The notes under the pieces: model-generated
What the model was told of the DNA's origin: nothing
The model's input: the letters and a program-made list of their open reading frames with translations, nothing else
Databases searched by the model: none
From: Candidatus Enteromonas sp.
GTDB taxonomy: Bacteria; Bacillota_I; Bacilli_A; RFN20; CAG-826
Reading direction: 5' to 3'
NCBI GenBank assembly: GCA_034171505.1
Contig: JAXFGC010000006.1
Coordinates: 11,382-75,381 of the forward strand
Length of the DNA stretch: 64,000 nucleotides
Translations under genes and position numbers: made by a program
Shown here: positions 17,256 to 24,825 of the stretch, piece after piece
Layout: each line of letters opens with the position of its first letter
Position numbering within the stretch: the first letter of the stretch is position 1

Positions 17256-18979
17256 TTGAATCGGAGCTCCTTGTGAATCGCGGAGAGCAAGGAAGGATCC
17301 ACCTTCGTCACTGCCCGGTCATAGGTAACGAGGCCATTTACCTCGTCTTCCACGTCACTATATTGTGTGAGAACCGCGATTGACAAGCCTTTTTCCAGCA
17401 AGGGGAGGATCTCCGTCAAGTAAAGCGCTTTGATTCCTTCGTTTAATTCTTCGTGAGAATAGAACCGTTTATAGCCGAATTCTTTCTTGCTATAAGAATG
17501 TTCCGCGATGTGATAGGAATATCCGCCAAATTCACTTAACGAGAGGATGCGTTTATCATCCCCTTTCATTTTCACCTTTCGGAAGTAAATGTGACGAGAA
17601 TCAAAATCCCCCAGGCCTTGGTCACACCAACCGGAGTTCGCGTCAATCAAACGGGTGGAATCAAGCGCGCGTAAACGTTCCACGAATTTTCGGGTTTCGA
17701 ATTGCCCCCAGGCCTCATTGAAAATCGTGAAAACCGCGATGCATGGAATGTTGTAGAAATGGTTCGCGTATTCCTCGAAATTCTTCTCAAAGAAATCCCG
17801 TGACTCCTTCTTTCCTCGGCCGACACTATGAATGAAGCATTTCTTTTCGTCGTTCCATTTTGGAGACAAGAAGGTGCCCAAGGCAAACAGGAAAAGGTTA
17901 TACGATCCTCCACCGTTGATGAAATCTTGAAGGACAATTAGGCCGAGTTTATCGCATAAAGCGTAGTACCGAAGGGGTTCAACCTTGATGTGTTTTCGAA
18001 GCATGTTGAACCCGTAAGACTTTATCTTTTTGAGGTCAAATAACATGGCTTCCTCACTTGGAGGGGTGAGGCCGCTTTCGGGGAAATACCCTTGATCAAG
18101 GGGACCGCTTAAGAAATAGGGTTTGCCGTTTAATGAGAATACGGGATGGCCATTGTAGGTGGTTTTGCCAAATTCCCTCATCGCGAATTGGCTCTTAACC
18201 ACGTCCTCTCCATGATGGAAACAAACTTGATAAACGTTCGGTTCTTCGGGGCTCCAAGGATGGAAGTTCTCACTCAAATCGATTTCAAGGGAGGAATTTT
18301 CCGCCTTTTCTCTAGCGATGACCTTTGAGTCATAAAGGACTTCCACAAAAGTCTCTCCTTCTCCATGTGTTTCAAGGTCAAAACGAACCGCCTTTCTTGA
18401 AAAGATCGGGGTCGTCTTTTGGGAAACGAGGTAACTTTTGGGGGTGGCTTCCAGCCAGACGCTTTGGTAGATGCCGCTCGTGGAGGTATACCAAATTCCA
18501 TGTCCCTTCTTGCATTGCTTCCCGCGAGGATAGATGGGACTAGAAACATCATCGGTCACTTCTACTTCCAAAACGTTTTCTTCCTGGAGATATTTCGTGA
18601 CATCAAAAGAAAAGGGCAGGTAACCGCCTTCGTGAGTTCCAAGGAAGTGTCCATTCAGGCGAACAGAAGCCACTTGATCAACCGCTTCAAAATGAAGGAT
18701 GACTCGAAGCCCATAATAATTCTTTGGCAAGACAAAATTTCTCCGATAATGAAGAACGTCGTCTTGGTTGACCTGTTTTCGGATTCCGCTCGCCTCAGTT
18801 TCCACGGCAAAAGGAACAAGGATTTTGGACGAATATGAATAGATGGGTCCCTTATTTTTGGAAATTTCAAAGTCCCAAAGGCCATTGAGAGTCATGTATT
18901 GTTCCCGTTCAAAATAGGGGTTTGGATGTTCGTTCAACGGAGGAAAGCCATCGCCTCCGATCAAGAAATGGGTTTTCAT
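17252..18979 (-). CDS. Glycoside hydrolase family 2 protein
   Basis: N-terminal sugar-binding/Ig-like region, then a TIM barrel with FNEAWGQ (acid/base) and LSEFGGY (nucleophile). Confidence 0.8.
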   Translation of the reverse strand: MKTHFLIGGDGFPPLNEHPNPYFEREQYMTLNGLWDFEISKNKGPIYSYSSKILVPFAVETEASGIRKQVNQDDVLHYRRNFVLPKNYYGLRVILHFEAVDQVASVRLNGHFLGTHEGGYLPFSFDVTKYLQEENVLEVEVTDDVSSPIYPRGKQCKKGHGIWYTSTSGIYQSVWLEATPKSYLVSQKTTPIFSRKAVRFDLETHGEGETFVEVLYDSKVIAREKAENSSLEIDLSENFHPWSPEEPNVYQVCFHHGEDVVKSQFAMREFGKTTYNGHPVFSLNGKPYFLSGPLDQGYFPESGLTPPSEEAMLFDLKKIKSYGFNMLRKHIKVEPLRYYALCDKLGLIVLQDFINGGGSYNLFLFALGTFLSPKWNDEKKCFIHSVGRGKKESRDFFEKNFEEYANHFYNIPCIAVFTIFNEAWGQFETRKFVERLRALDSTRLIDANSGWCDQGLGDFDSRHIYFRKVKMKGDDKRILSLSEFGGYSYHIAEHSYSKKEFGYKRFYSHEELNEGIKALYLTEILPLLEKGLSIAVLTQYSDVEDEVNGLVTYDRAVTKVDPSLLSAIHKELRFK

Positions 18980-19022
18980 TTGACGCTATTCTACTCGAAC
19001 ACCAGAAAAGAGAGAAACCCTA

Positions 19023-20264
19023 ATGAAAGCGATTATCGTATCGTTTCTCCCTTGCGGAGAAAAAGGCTATACTGATGCCGTTATGAACATGGACATCGCT
19101 CAAATTCAACACAAGATCATCGCCGAAGACGCCGATGCGTGGATTCTCCTCGACTATGAATCCCATAACCCCACCGTAAAGAAACTCCTCGGAGATAAAT
19201 TCTTGACCCGAAAAATCATCCTCGCAATTCCCGCGTCGGGAAAACCGAAGATTATCGCTCACGTCATTGACACTATCTTCCTCGAAGACTGCTCGGATCG
19301 GTTTGAAATCCATCCCTACAAAACCTGGGAACGGATGTTGGAACTCGAAAAAGAGCTCTTTTCTTCCTACGGCAAAGTCTTGATGGATATCTCCGAAAAC
19401 GGACTACTTCCCCGCGTTTCTTTGGCGGATTATGGCTCTGTAGCCTTCATCAAAAGCCTTGGAATTGAAGTCGCTTCCTCAGCGGACGTCCTCCAAGGAC
19501 TCACCGCGACTTTGACGGATTCCCAATACGCCTCCCAAGTGGATGCTTGCCAAAAAGCGTTGAAAATCAAAGACGAGGCCTTCGCCCTAATCGCAAAACA
19601 CGTCAAAGAAAAAGGATCTTCGGACGAATACGAAATCCAACGTTTCATCTGCCGTCGCTTTCACGAAGAAGGAATGGTTTTCGACGAACCTCCCATCGTC
19701 GCGATCGGACCGAACGCCGCGAACCCCCATTACACCCCCAACGAATCGACTTCTTCTACAATTGAGAAAGGCGACCTCGTTCTCATCGACATGTGGGCGA
19801 AGAACAAAGAGCCAGGGTCGGTTTACGCGGATATCACATGGATGGGATATGTTGGCAAAACCGTTCCGAAGAAATACGTGGATCGTTTCGCCATCATCAA
19901 AGCGGCGAGAGATGGTGTTATTTCTTTCTTAACCACCGAACTGCCGAAGCGAAAAGTGGCCTCCTACGAGGCCGATGACGTAGCACGGAAAATCATCACC
20001 GATGCGGGATTTGGGGAATATTTCGTCCACCGCGTTGGGCATAGCATCACCGCGGACGTTTCCCCGCATGGAGCTGGCGCCAATCTCGACAATTACGAGT
20101 CGCACGACACCCGTCATTTCCTCAATAACACATCCTTCTCCGATGAACCGGGGATTTATACCGAAGAATTCGGAATGCGCACCGAAACCGACCTCCATAT
20201 TCGCGAAGGAAAACTCGTGGTCGTCGGGGGACTCCAAGACGAAATCATCCCGATTCTTGCCTAG
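19023..20264 (+). CDS. M24 family Xaa-Pro aminopeptidase
   Basis: Pita-bread fold metal ligands (LIDMWA, HRVGHSI, SDEPGIY, RTE). The true start may be ATG 19083 or 19089 (MNMDIAQIQ). Confidence 0.85.
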   Translation: MKAIIVSFLPCGEKGYTDAVMNMDIAQIQHKIIAEDADAWILLDYESHNPTVKKLLGDKFLTRKIILAIPASGKPKIIAHVIDTIFLEDCSDRFEIHPYKTWERMLELEKELFSSYGKVLMDISENGLLPRVSLADYGSVAFIKSLGIEVASSADVLQGLTATLTDSQYASQVDACQKALKIKDEAFALIAKHVKEKGSSDEYEIQRFICRRFHEEGMVFDEPPIVAIGPNAANPHYTPNESTSSTIEKGDLVLIDMWAKNKEPGSVYADITWMGYVGKTVPKKYVDRFAIIKAARDGVISFLTTELPKRKVASYEADDVARKIITDAGFGEYFVHRVGHSITADVSPHGAGANLDNYESHDTRHFLNNTSFSDEPGIYTEEFGMRTETDLHIREGKLVVVGGLQDEIIPILA

Positions 20265-20528
20265 TTACTCGCTCATCCGTTTCAGGATGTTCTCGACTTC
20301 TTGGATTTTCGCGTCCAACTCATTTTCATCGCTTGCGCTTTTGACGCACCCTTCAAGGTGAGCGGACAAAACCCGGACGTTCAAACGTTTGAGCAGGGCG
20401 ATGGTCGCCAAAAGTTGGGTGGAAACATCGATGCAATACGCATCTTCATCCACCATCTTTTGTATGCCTTCAATTTGCCCGCGGGCGATGGAGAGTTGGC
20501 GGCGAACTTCCGCGTGGTTGGCTTTCAC
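20265..20528 (-). CDS. csoR: CsoR family copper-sensing transcriptional repressor
   Basis: 87 aa. RQLSIARGQIEGIQKMVDEDAYCIDV...SAHLEGC supplies the C-H-C ligand set. It is the last gene of the cop operon. Confidence 0.9.
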   Translation of the reverse strand: MKANHAEVRRQLSIARGQIEGIQKMVDEDAYCIDVSTQLLATIALLKRLNVRVLSAHLEGCVKSASDENELDAKIQEVENILKRMSE

Positions 20529-20761
20529 TTCGCTTCCGCTCCAGAATAGACGAAGCCGACCGATTCAATCGCTTCTTTGAACGCCTCTTCCGCGATTGCT
20601 TGTTTTGAAATCACGCGAGCGGATTTCGTTTCCAAATCAACGGTGGCTTTGTTTACTCCCGGAATGCCAAGCAAAGCCTTTTCGACTTTGGCGGCGCAAT
20701 GGACGCAATGCATACCATCGACTTTCACGACCGTCACGATTCTTTTTCCAATTCCAAACAT
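20525..20761 (-). CDS. copZ: Copper chaperone CopZ (HMA domain)
   Basis: VDGMHCVHCAAKVEKAL (MxCxxC) and a ferredoxin-like HMA length. Confidence 0.9.
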   Translation of the reverse strand: MFGIGKRIVTVVKVDGMHCVHCAAKVEKALLGIPGVNKATVDLETKSARVISKQAIAEEAFKEAIESVGFVYSGAEAK

Positions 20762-20763
20762 GG

Positions 20764-23082
20764 TTATTCTCCTCCTTGTTTTTTGAAGTGTTTGATTCGT
20801 AAAGCGTTAAGGACAACGCTGATGGAACTTAAGGACATGGCAAGCGACCCCAACATCGGGGTCAAAACCAAGTGATTTTGATATCCCGTCAACCAGTTAC
20901 CCGTGACGGGAATCCCGTAGAACACCCCCGCGGCAAAGGGGATAAGCAAGGCGTTGTAAAAAAACGCCCAAGCGAGATTCTGACGAATGTTTCGAACGAT
21001 CTTTTTGCTTAATCCAAAGGCGGATACCACGTCCAAAGGATCGCTATGGGCCAGGAGGATGTCCGCGGAGGAAATCGCGATATCCGTTCCCGTGCCAAGG
21101 GCGATACCGACATCCGCGACGCTTAAGGCAGGGGCGTCATTCACTCCGTCTCCGACGAACGCCACTCGTTTCCCTTCTTGTTGCAAAGCGGTAATGATAC
21201 TTGCTTTTTCTTGAGGGAGAATTTGAGCGTGAATAGTTTCTACGCCAACTTGAGAGGCAATTTCTTTGGCAGCTTCCGCCCCGTCTCCCGTCAGCATCCG
21301 GACGTCTTTTCCCATCGCCCTTAGGAGTTCAACCGTCTTCTTCGAAGTCTCCTTTACAGTGTCGGAAAAAGAAATCCATGCGAGAACGGTGCTCGAATTC
21401 GCAAAATAAGCCACGGTTTTTCCGTGCCGTTGTTCTTGTAAAGAAGATTCTAGAACATCTAGAGATAGATGGATTTGATTTTCACTTAAGAATTTCTCGT
21501 TTCCGACGATGTATCCATCTCCCTTTACCCCTTTTCCCGAGGCGGAATCAAAAACGGAAGGTGGGATGATTCGAACACCTTGTTCCTCCGCGTAACGACA
21601 AAGCGCTTTCGCAAGAGGGTGTTCGGAAAGAGATTCCAAAGAAGCGATTTGAGCCAAAACTTCTTCCCTATTTCCTTCCAGGACTTCTAGATGGGAGACT
21701 TCCATTTTCCCTTTGGTCAAGGTTCCGGTTTTATCAAAAAGAACAACGTCCACTCTTTCCATGGTTTCAAGGGCTTCGGCATTCTTCAAAAGGATTCCGT
21801 TTTCCGCCCCCATCCCGGTTCCCACCATCAAGGCAACGGGCGTAGCTAAGCCTAAGGCGCAAGGACAGCTCACCACAAGAACGGAGATTCCGAGTTGAAA
21901 AGCAAGATTCCAATCGGCGCCTTGGCTCCCAAACCACCCAAACGAAGTCGCGATCGCCCAAAAGATAAAAGTCAATAAGGATAGCCCCATGACCACGGGG
22001 CAAAATACGGCGGAAGCTTTATCCGCCAAACGAGCAAGAGGAGCTTTTTTCGCACTGGCCTCCTCCACGAAAGAAGCGATTTTTCCCATCGTGGATTCTT
22101 TCCCGACCGCCGAAACGCAATAACGGAACGAACCCGACATATTGATGGTTCCCGCGACGACTTTATCCCCGACTTCTTTATCTCGAGGGAGGGATTCTCC
22201 CGTTAAGGAGGATTCGTCGATGGATCCTTGTCCCAAAACGATTTCCCCATCCGCGGGAATGGAGGACCCAGGGACGATCAACACGATGTCTCCGGGAAGC
22301 AAAGATTCCGTCGGAACTTCTTCTTCCCCCTCGTCCCGCACCACAACCGCGGTCTCGGGGATCAAATCCAGCAACGCCCCAATCGAAGAGGTCGTCTTTT
22401 CCTTCGCACGCGTTTCTATATATTTTCCCGTTGAGACGAAGCACGGAATCATGCCCATCGACTCAAAGTAAATATTCATCGTGTAAGGCATCGCCTCCAT
22501 GTAGTCACCATTCCCGAAATAAATGAGAATGATTCGAACAAAGCAATAGATTCCATAAAAGAAGGAAGCCGCCATCCCAACGGAAACAAGCGACTGCATA
22601 TTAGGATGCCCTTGGAATAAGGCTTTGAAACCCGACCCAAGAATGGAAAAATTCAAAGCGGCGATTCCCAACGCGAAAACAATTTGGATCGCGATATCCC
22701 ATATCATGAGAAGGACATAATCCTCCCGCATCATGAAATCGTGTCCTAGGAACATCGGAGTCATGGAGAATCCCATGAGAACGATCATCAAAACCCAGGA
22801 AATCACCAAACGAATGAGCTTTGCTTTTTGTTCCGCCTTCTTCTTTGCTAGAGCGGCTTTTCGGCTTTCACTAACGAAAATAGCGCACCCATACCCTTGT
22901 TTTTCGACACTTTCGATAATGGTTTGGTCATTGCAAAGGGTTTCATCAAACTCCACCAACATGGAGTTGGTCAGCAAAGAAACGGAGTAAGAAGAAACCC
23001 CGGGCAAACCTTCCACCGTCTTCTCCACTGTCTTTTGGCAGGATGCGCACATCATGCCACTCACCGAATATTTTCGTTTCAT
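20764..23082 (-). CDS. copA: Copper-translocating P-type ATPase
   Basis: N-terminal HMA GMMCASC, the CPC motif (VSCPCALGLATP), DKTGTLT, TGD, GDGVNDAP. I trimmed the start to ATG 23082 (MKRKYSVSG); the longer ORF would read through the operator. Confidence 0.93.
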   Translation of the reverse strand: MKRKYSVSGMMCASCQKTVEKTVEGLPGVSSYSVSLLTNSMLVEFDETLCNDQTIIESVEKQGYGCAIFVSESRKAALAKKKAEQKAKLIRLVISWVLMIVLMGFSMTPMFLGHDFMMREDYVLLMIWDIAIQIVFALGIAALNFSILGSGFKALFQGHPNMQSLVSVGMAASFFYGIYCFVRIILIYFGNGDYMEAMPYTMNIYFESMGMIPCFVSTGKYIETRAKEKTTSSIGALLDLIPETAVVVRDEGEEEVPTESLLPGDIVLIVPGSSIPADGEIVLGQGSIDESSLTGESLPRDKEVGDKVVAGTINMSGSFRYCVSAVGKESTMGKIASFVEEASAKKAPLARLADKASAVFCPVVMGLSLLTFIFWAIATSFGWFGSQGADWNLAFQLGISVLVVSCPCALGLATPVALMVGTGMGAENGILLKNAEALETMERVDVVLFDKTGTLTKGKMEVSHLEVLEGNREEVLAQIASLESLSEHPLAKALCRYAEEQGVRIIPPSVFDSASGKGVKGDGYIVGNEKFLSENQIHLSLDVLESSLQEQRHGKTVAYFANSSTVLAWISFSDTVKETSKKTVELLRAMGKDVRMLTGDGAEAAKEIASQVGVETIHAQILPQEKASIITALQQEGKRVAFVGDGVNDAPALSVADVGIALGTGTDIAISSADILLAHSDPLDVVSAFGLSKKIVRNIRQNLAWAFFYNALLIPFAAGVFYGIPVTGNWLTGYQNHLVLTPMLGSLAMSLSSISVVLNALRIKHFKKQGGE

Positions 23083-23086
23083 ATCC

Positions 23087-23103
23087 ATACCCCCGGGGGG
23101 TAT
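23087..23103 (-). promoter_or_regulatory. CsoR-type operator, a perfect 8-1-8 inverted repeat ATACCCCC-G-GGGGGTAT
   Basis: The GC-rich palindrome lies immediately upstream of the copA start. Its G-run doubles as the only SD-like element. Confidence 0.75.
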
Positions 23104-23125
23104 CCATATCATAAAGAATTACCTG

Positions 23126-23164
23126 CAAAAAGAAAAGGGCCCGCAAGGGAGGGAAAGCAGGCCC
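23126..23164 (-). terminator. Rho-independent terminator of hsp20
   Basis: On the minus strand: GGGCCUGC-12 nt-GCGGGCCC (8 bp including one G.U), followed by UUUUCUUUUU. Confidence 0.7.
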
Positions 23165-23198
23165 GGATACGAACGCCAATTTGGCTAGCGTTGGTCAG

Positions 23199-23633
23199 TT
23201 AGTTGATGGAAATGGTGTGAGTCACGTTCTTGATCGGCTTTTCCTTCGGGAAGAAGATGTGAAGGACGCCATCAACATATTCCGCCTTGATCGCGGTTTC
23301 GTCGATGTCACCGACGTAATAGGAACGGCTCGCGCTTCCCGAGAAACGTTCGCGGCGGATAAAGCCCTTCGGTTGTCCTTTTTCGTCCTTTTGAATGGTG
23401 TTCACATGAACGCGGACCGTGAGTTCTTGGTTCTCATACGAGATGTTGATGTTTTCTTTGCGGATCCCCGGCAAATCGATGTCCATGACGTAGCCATCGT
23501 TTTCTTCACGAACGTCGGTGCGCATGGAAAGGGCGCCATGGTTTTCATCCAAAAGGCCGTCTTTGACGCCGAGGAGTTCTTGGAAAAGCGGATCGAGGAA
23601 GCGGGTTCCGTTATAGATGGGATAGTAGTTCAT
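23199..23633 (-). CDS. Hsp20/alpha-crystallin family small heat-shock protein
   Basis: Alpha-crystallin domain (MRTDVREENDGYVMDIDLPGIRKENINI...AEYVDGVLHIFFPK). I trimmed the start to ATG 23633 (MNYYPIYNG), which has a perfect GGAGG SD; the longer ORF overlaps CIRCE. Confidence 0.9.
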   Translation of the reverse strand: MNYYPIYNGTRFLDPLFQELLGVKDGLLDENHGALSMRTDVREENDGYVMDIDLPGIRKENINISYENQELTVRVHVNTIQKDEKGQPKGFIRRERFSGSASRSYYVGDIDETAIKAEYVDGVLHIFFPKEKPIKNVTHTISIN

Positions 23634-23655
23634 ATTGTTACCTCCAATGTGGTTT

Positions 23656-23682
23656 TTAGCACTCACTGCTTCCGAGTGCTAA
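23656..23682 (-). promoter_or_regulatory. CIRCE element (HrcA operator), promoter-proximal, perfect consensus
   Basis: TTAGCACTC-N9-GAGTGCTAA reads identically on both strands and lies between the -10 box and the SD of hsp20. Confidence 0.9.
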
Positions 23683-23686
23683 CAAT

Positions 23687-23714
23687 ATATTACCCCGCTT
23701 TTTAGCAGTGTCAA
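23687..23714 (-). promoter_or_regulatory. Sigma-A-type promoter of hsp20
   Basis: On the minus strand: TTGACA-N16-TAATAT. The -35 box lies inside the distal CIRCE spacer. Confidence 0.65.
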
Positions 23715-23728
23715 GCAATGAGTGCTAA
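23702..23728 (-). promoter_or_regulatory. Second, distal CIRCE-like element
   Basis: The plus strand reads TTAGCAGTG-N9-GAGTGCTAA (2 mismatches in one arm). It overlaps the -35 box and the stop codon of the upstream ORF. Confidence 0.7.
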
Positions 23729-24192
23729 ATTTTTATCGTTTCAAAACAAATCTCGGATAAAGTCGGATCTTTCCAGATTTCATCGATGTTTTTCGTAAGG
23801 ATGTCCTTTATGTAACAACGAAAAATCGAACGATATTCAAAGTCTGCATTCCAAAAACCTATGCGATTACAGTATTCGTACACGCAATGATGAAGGGCTC
23901 GAGATGCCGCGAATATCTTCGAAGCCGCACTCCGAGGTTCCAGAATTAAACGTAGCACCCAACACTTTTGGAAATCCCAATATCCTCCCTGAAGTTCCGG
24001 ATAATTCTCTTTCCTTGGCCATATCTCATTCACCGCGTCATACAACGCCTTTCCCAAAAAGCGAAGGTCCTCTTCGAGCTTTTTATCAGATACGGGATAA
24101 CCTGCCTTCACTATCTCCTTGCCAAAAAAGATACGATAAAGGTTTCCGAAGGCATGCAGAAAATCTTCCCTTGAAATGTGTTGATCATCCAT
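23725..24192 (-). CDS. Hypothetical protein (155 aa); no family recognised; visibly lower G+C
   Basis: Clean ORF with a GGAGG SD upstream. It is rich in W/Y/F/C (GGYWDFQKCWVLRL, HHCVYEYCNRIGFWNADFEY). I recognise no motif. Confidence 0.55.
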   Translation of the reverse strand: MDDQHISREDFLHAFGNLYRIFFGKEIVKAGYPVSDKKLEEDLRFLGKALYDAVNEIWPRKENYPELQGGYWDFQKCWVLRLILEPRSAASKIFAASRALHHCVYEYCNRIGFWNADFEYRSIFRCYIKDILTKNIDEIWKDPTLSEICFETIKI

Positions 24193-24276
24193 AAATTAAA
24201 ATTAACCTCCACCTATTACTTATTTCCATTTTCCGGTGAAGTTGTCGCTAAAAAATTTAAGCCGCAACAATTGGGA

Positions 24277-24744
24277 TTAGTCGGAAGTGAGTAAAACAAA
24301 GGGGGCTTGTATGTATTTCGAGAGTTCCAAAGGGTCCAAACCAATTTGAAAACCGCGTCGTCCGCCGGAGATAAAAATACGGTCAAAACATTGGGCGGTT
24401 TCATCGATAAAGGTCGGAAAGGCCTTCTTCATGCCGATGGGGGAGCATCCTCCATGGATATATCCGGTTAAGGGCAATAACTCTTTTTGGGGAATCATGG
24501 ATACGCTTTTGACTCCCGCTACTTTCGCTGCTTTCTTTAAGTCCAACTTCTTCTTCACGGGAATGCAGAAAACATAGTGGCTCTTGTCAGGGGCTTCGGT
24601 AACCAATGTCTTAAAGACACATTCCGGATCTTCGTTTAACGCCATCGCAACTTCTTCTCCCGCCGTTAGGTCGGGGTCGTAAGTCCGTTCCTCATAGATA
24701 ATGTCCGTAACGGACAAAAGGCGCATCACATTGGTTTTTTCCAT
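24277..24744 (-). CDS. ybaK: YbaK/EbsC-type Cys-tRNA(Pro) deacylase
   Basis: MEKTNVMRLL...FKTLV...KLDLKKAAKVAG...TGYIHGGCSPIGMKK...ISGGRRG, typical of the YbaK editing domain. Confidence 0.88.
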   Translation of the reverse strand: MEKTNVMRLLSVTDIIYEERTYDPDLTAGEEVAMALNEDPECVFKTLVTEAPDKSHYVFCIPVKKKLDLKKAAKVAGVKSVSMIPQKELLPLTGYIHGGCSPIGMKKAFPTFIDETAQCFDRIFISGGRRGFQIGLDPLELSKYIQAPFVLLTSD

Positions 24745-24773
24745 GCCTTCATTTTATGCCTTATCCGCATAAA

Positions 24774-24818
24774 GGAAAATGAAAACGGGCGAATTCGGAA
24801 GACCGATTTTCGCCCGTT
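24774..24818 (-). terminator. Rho-independent terminator of the opp operon
   Basis: Perfect 10-bp stem AACGGGCGAA/TTCGCCCGTT with a 15-nt loop, followed on the minus strand by TTCATTTTCC. Confidence 0.7.
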
Positions 24819-24825
24819 ATTTCCG

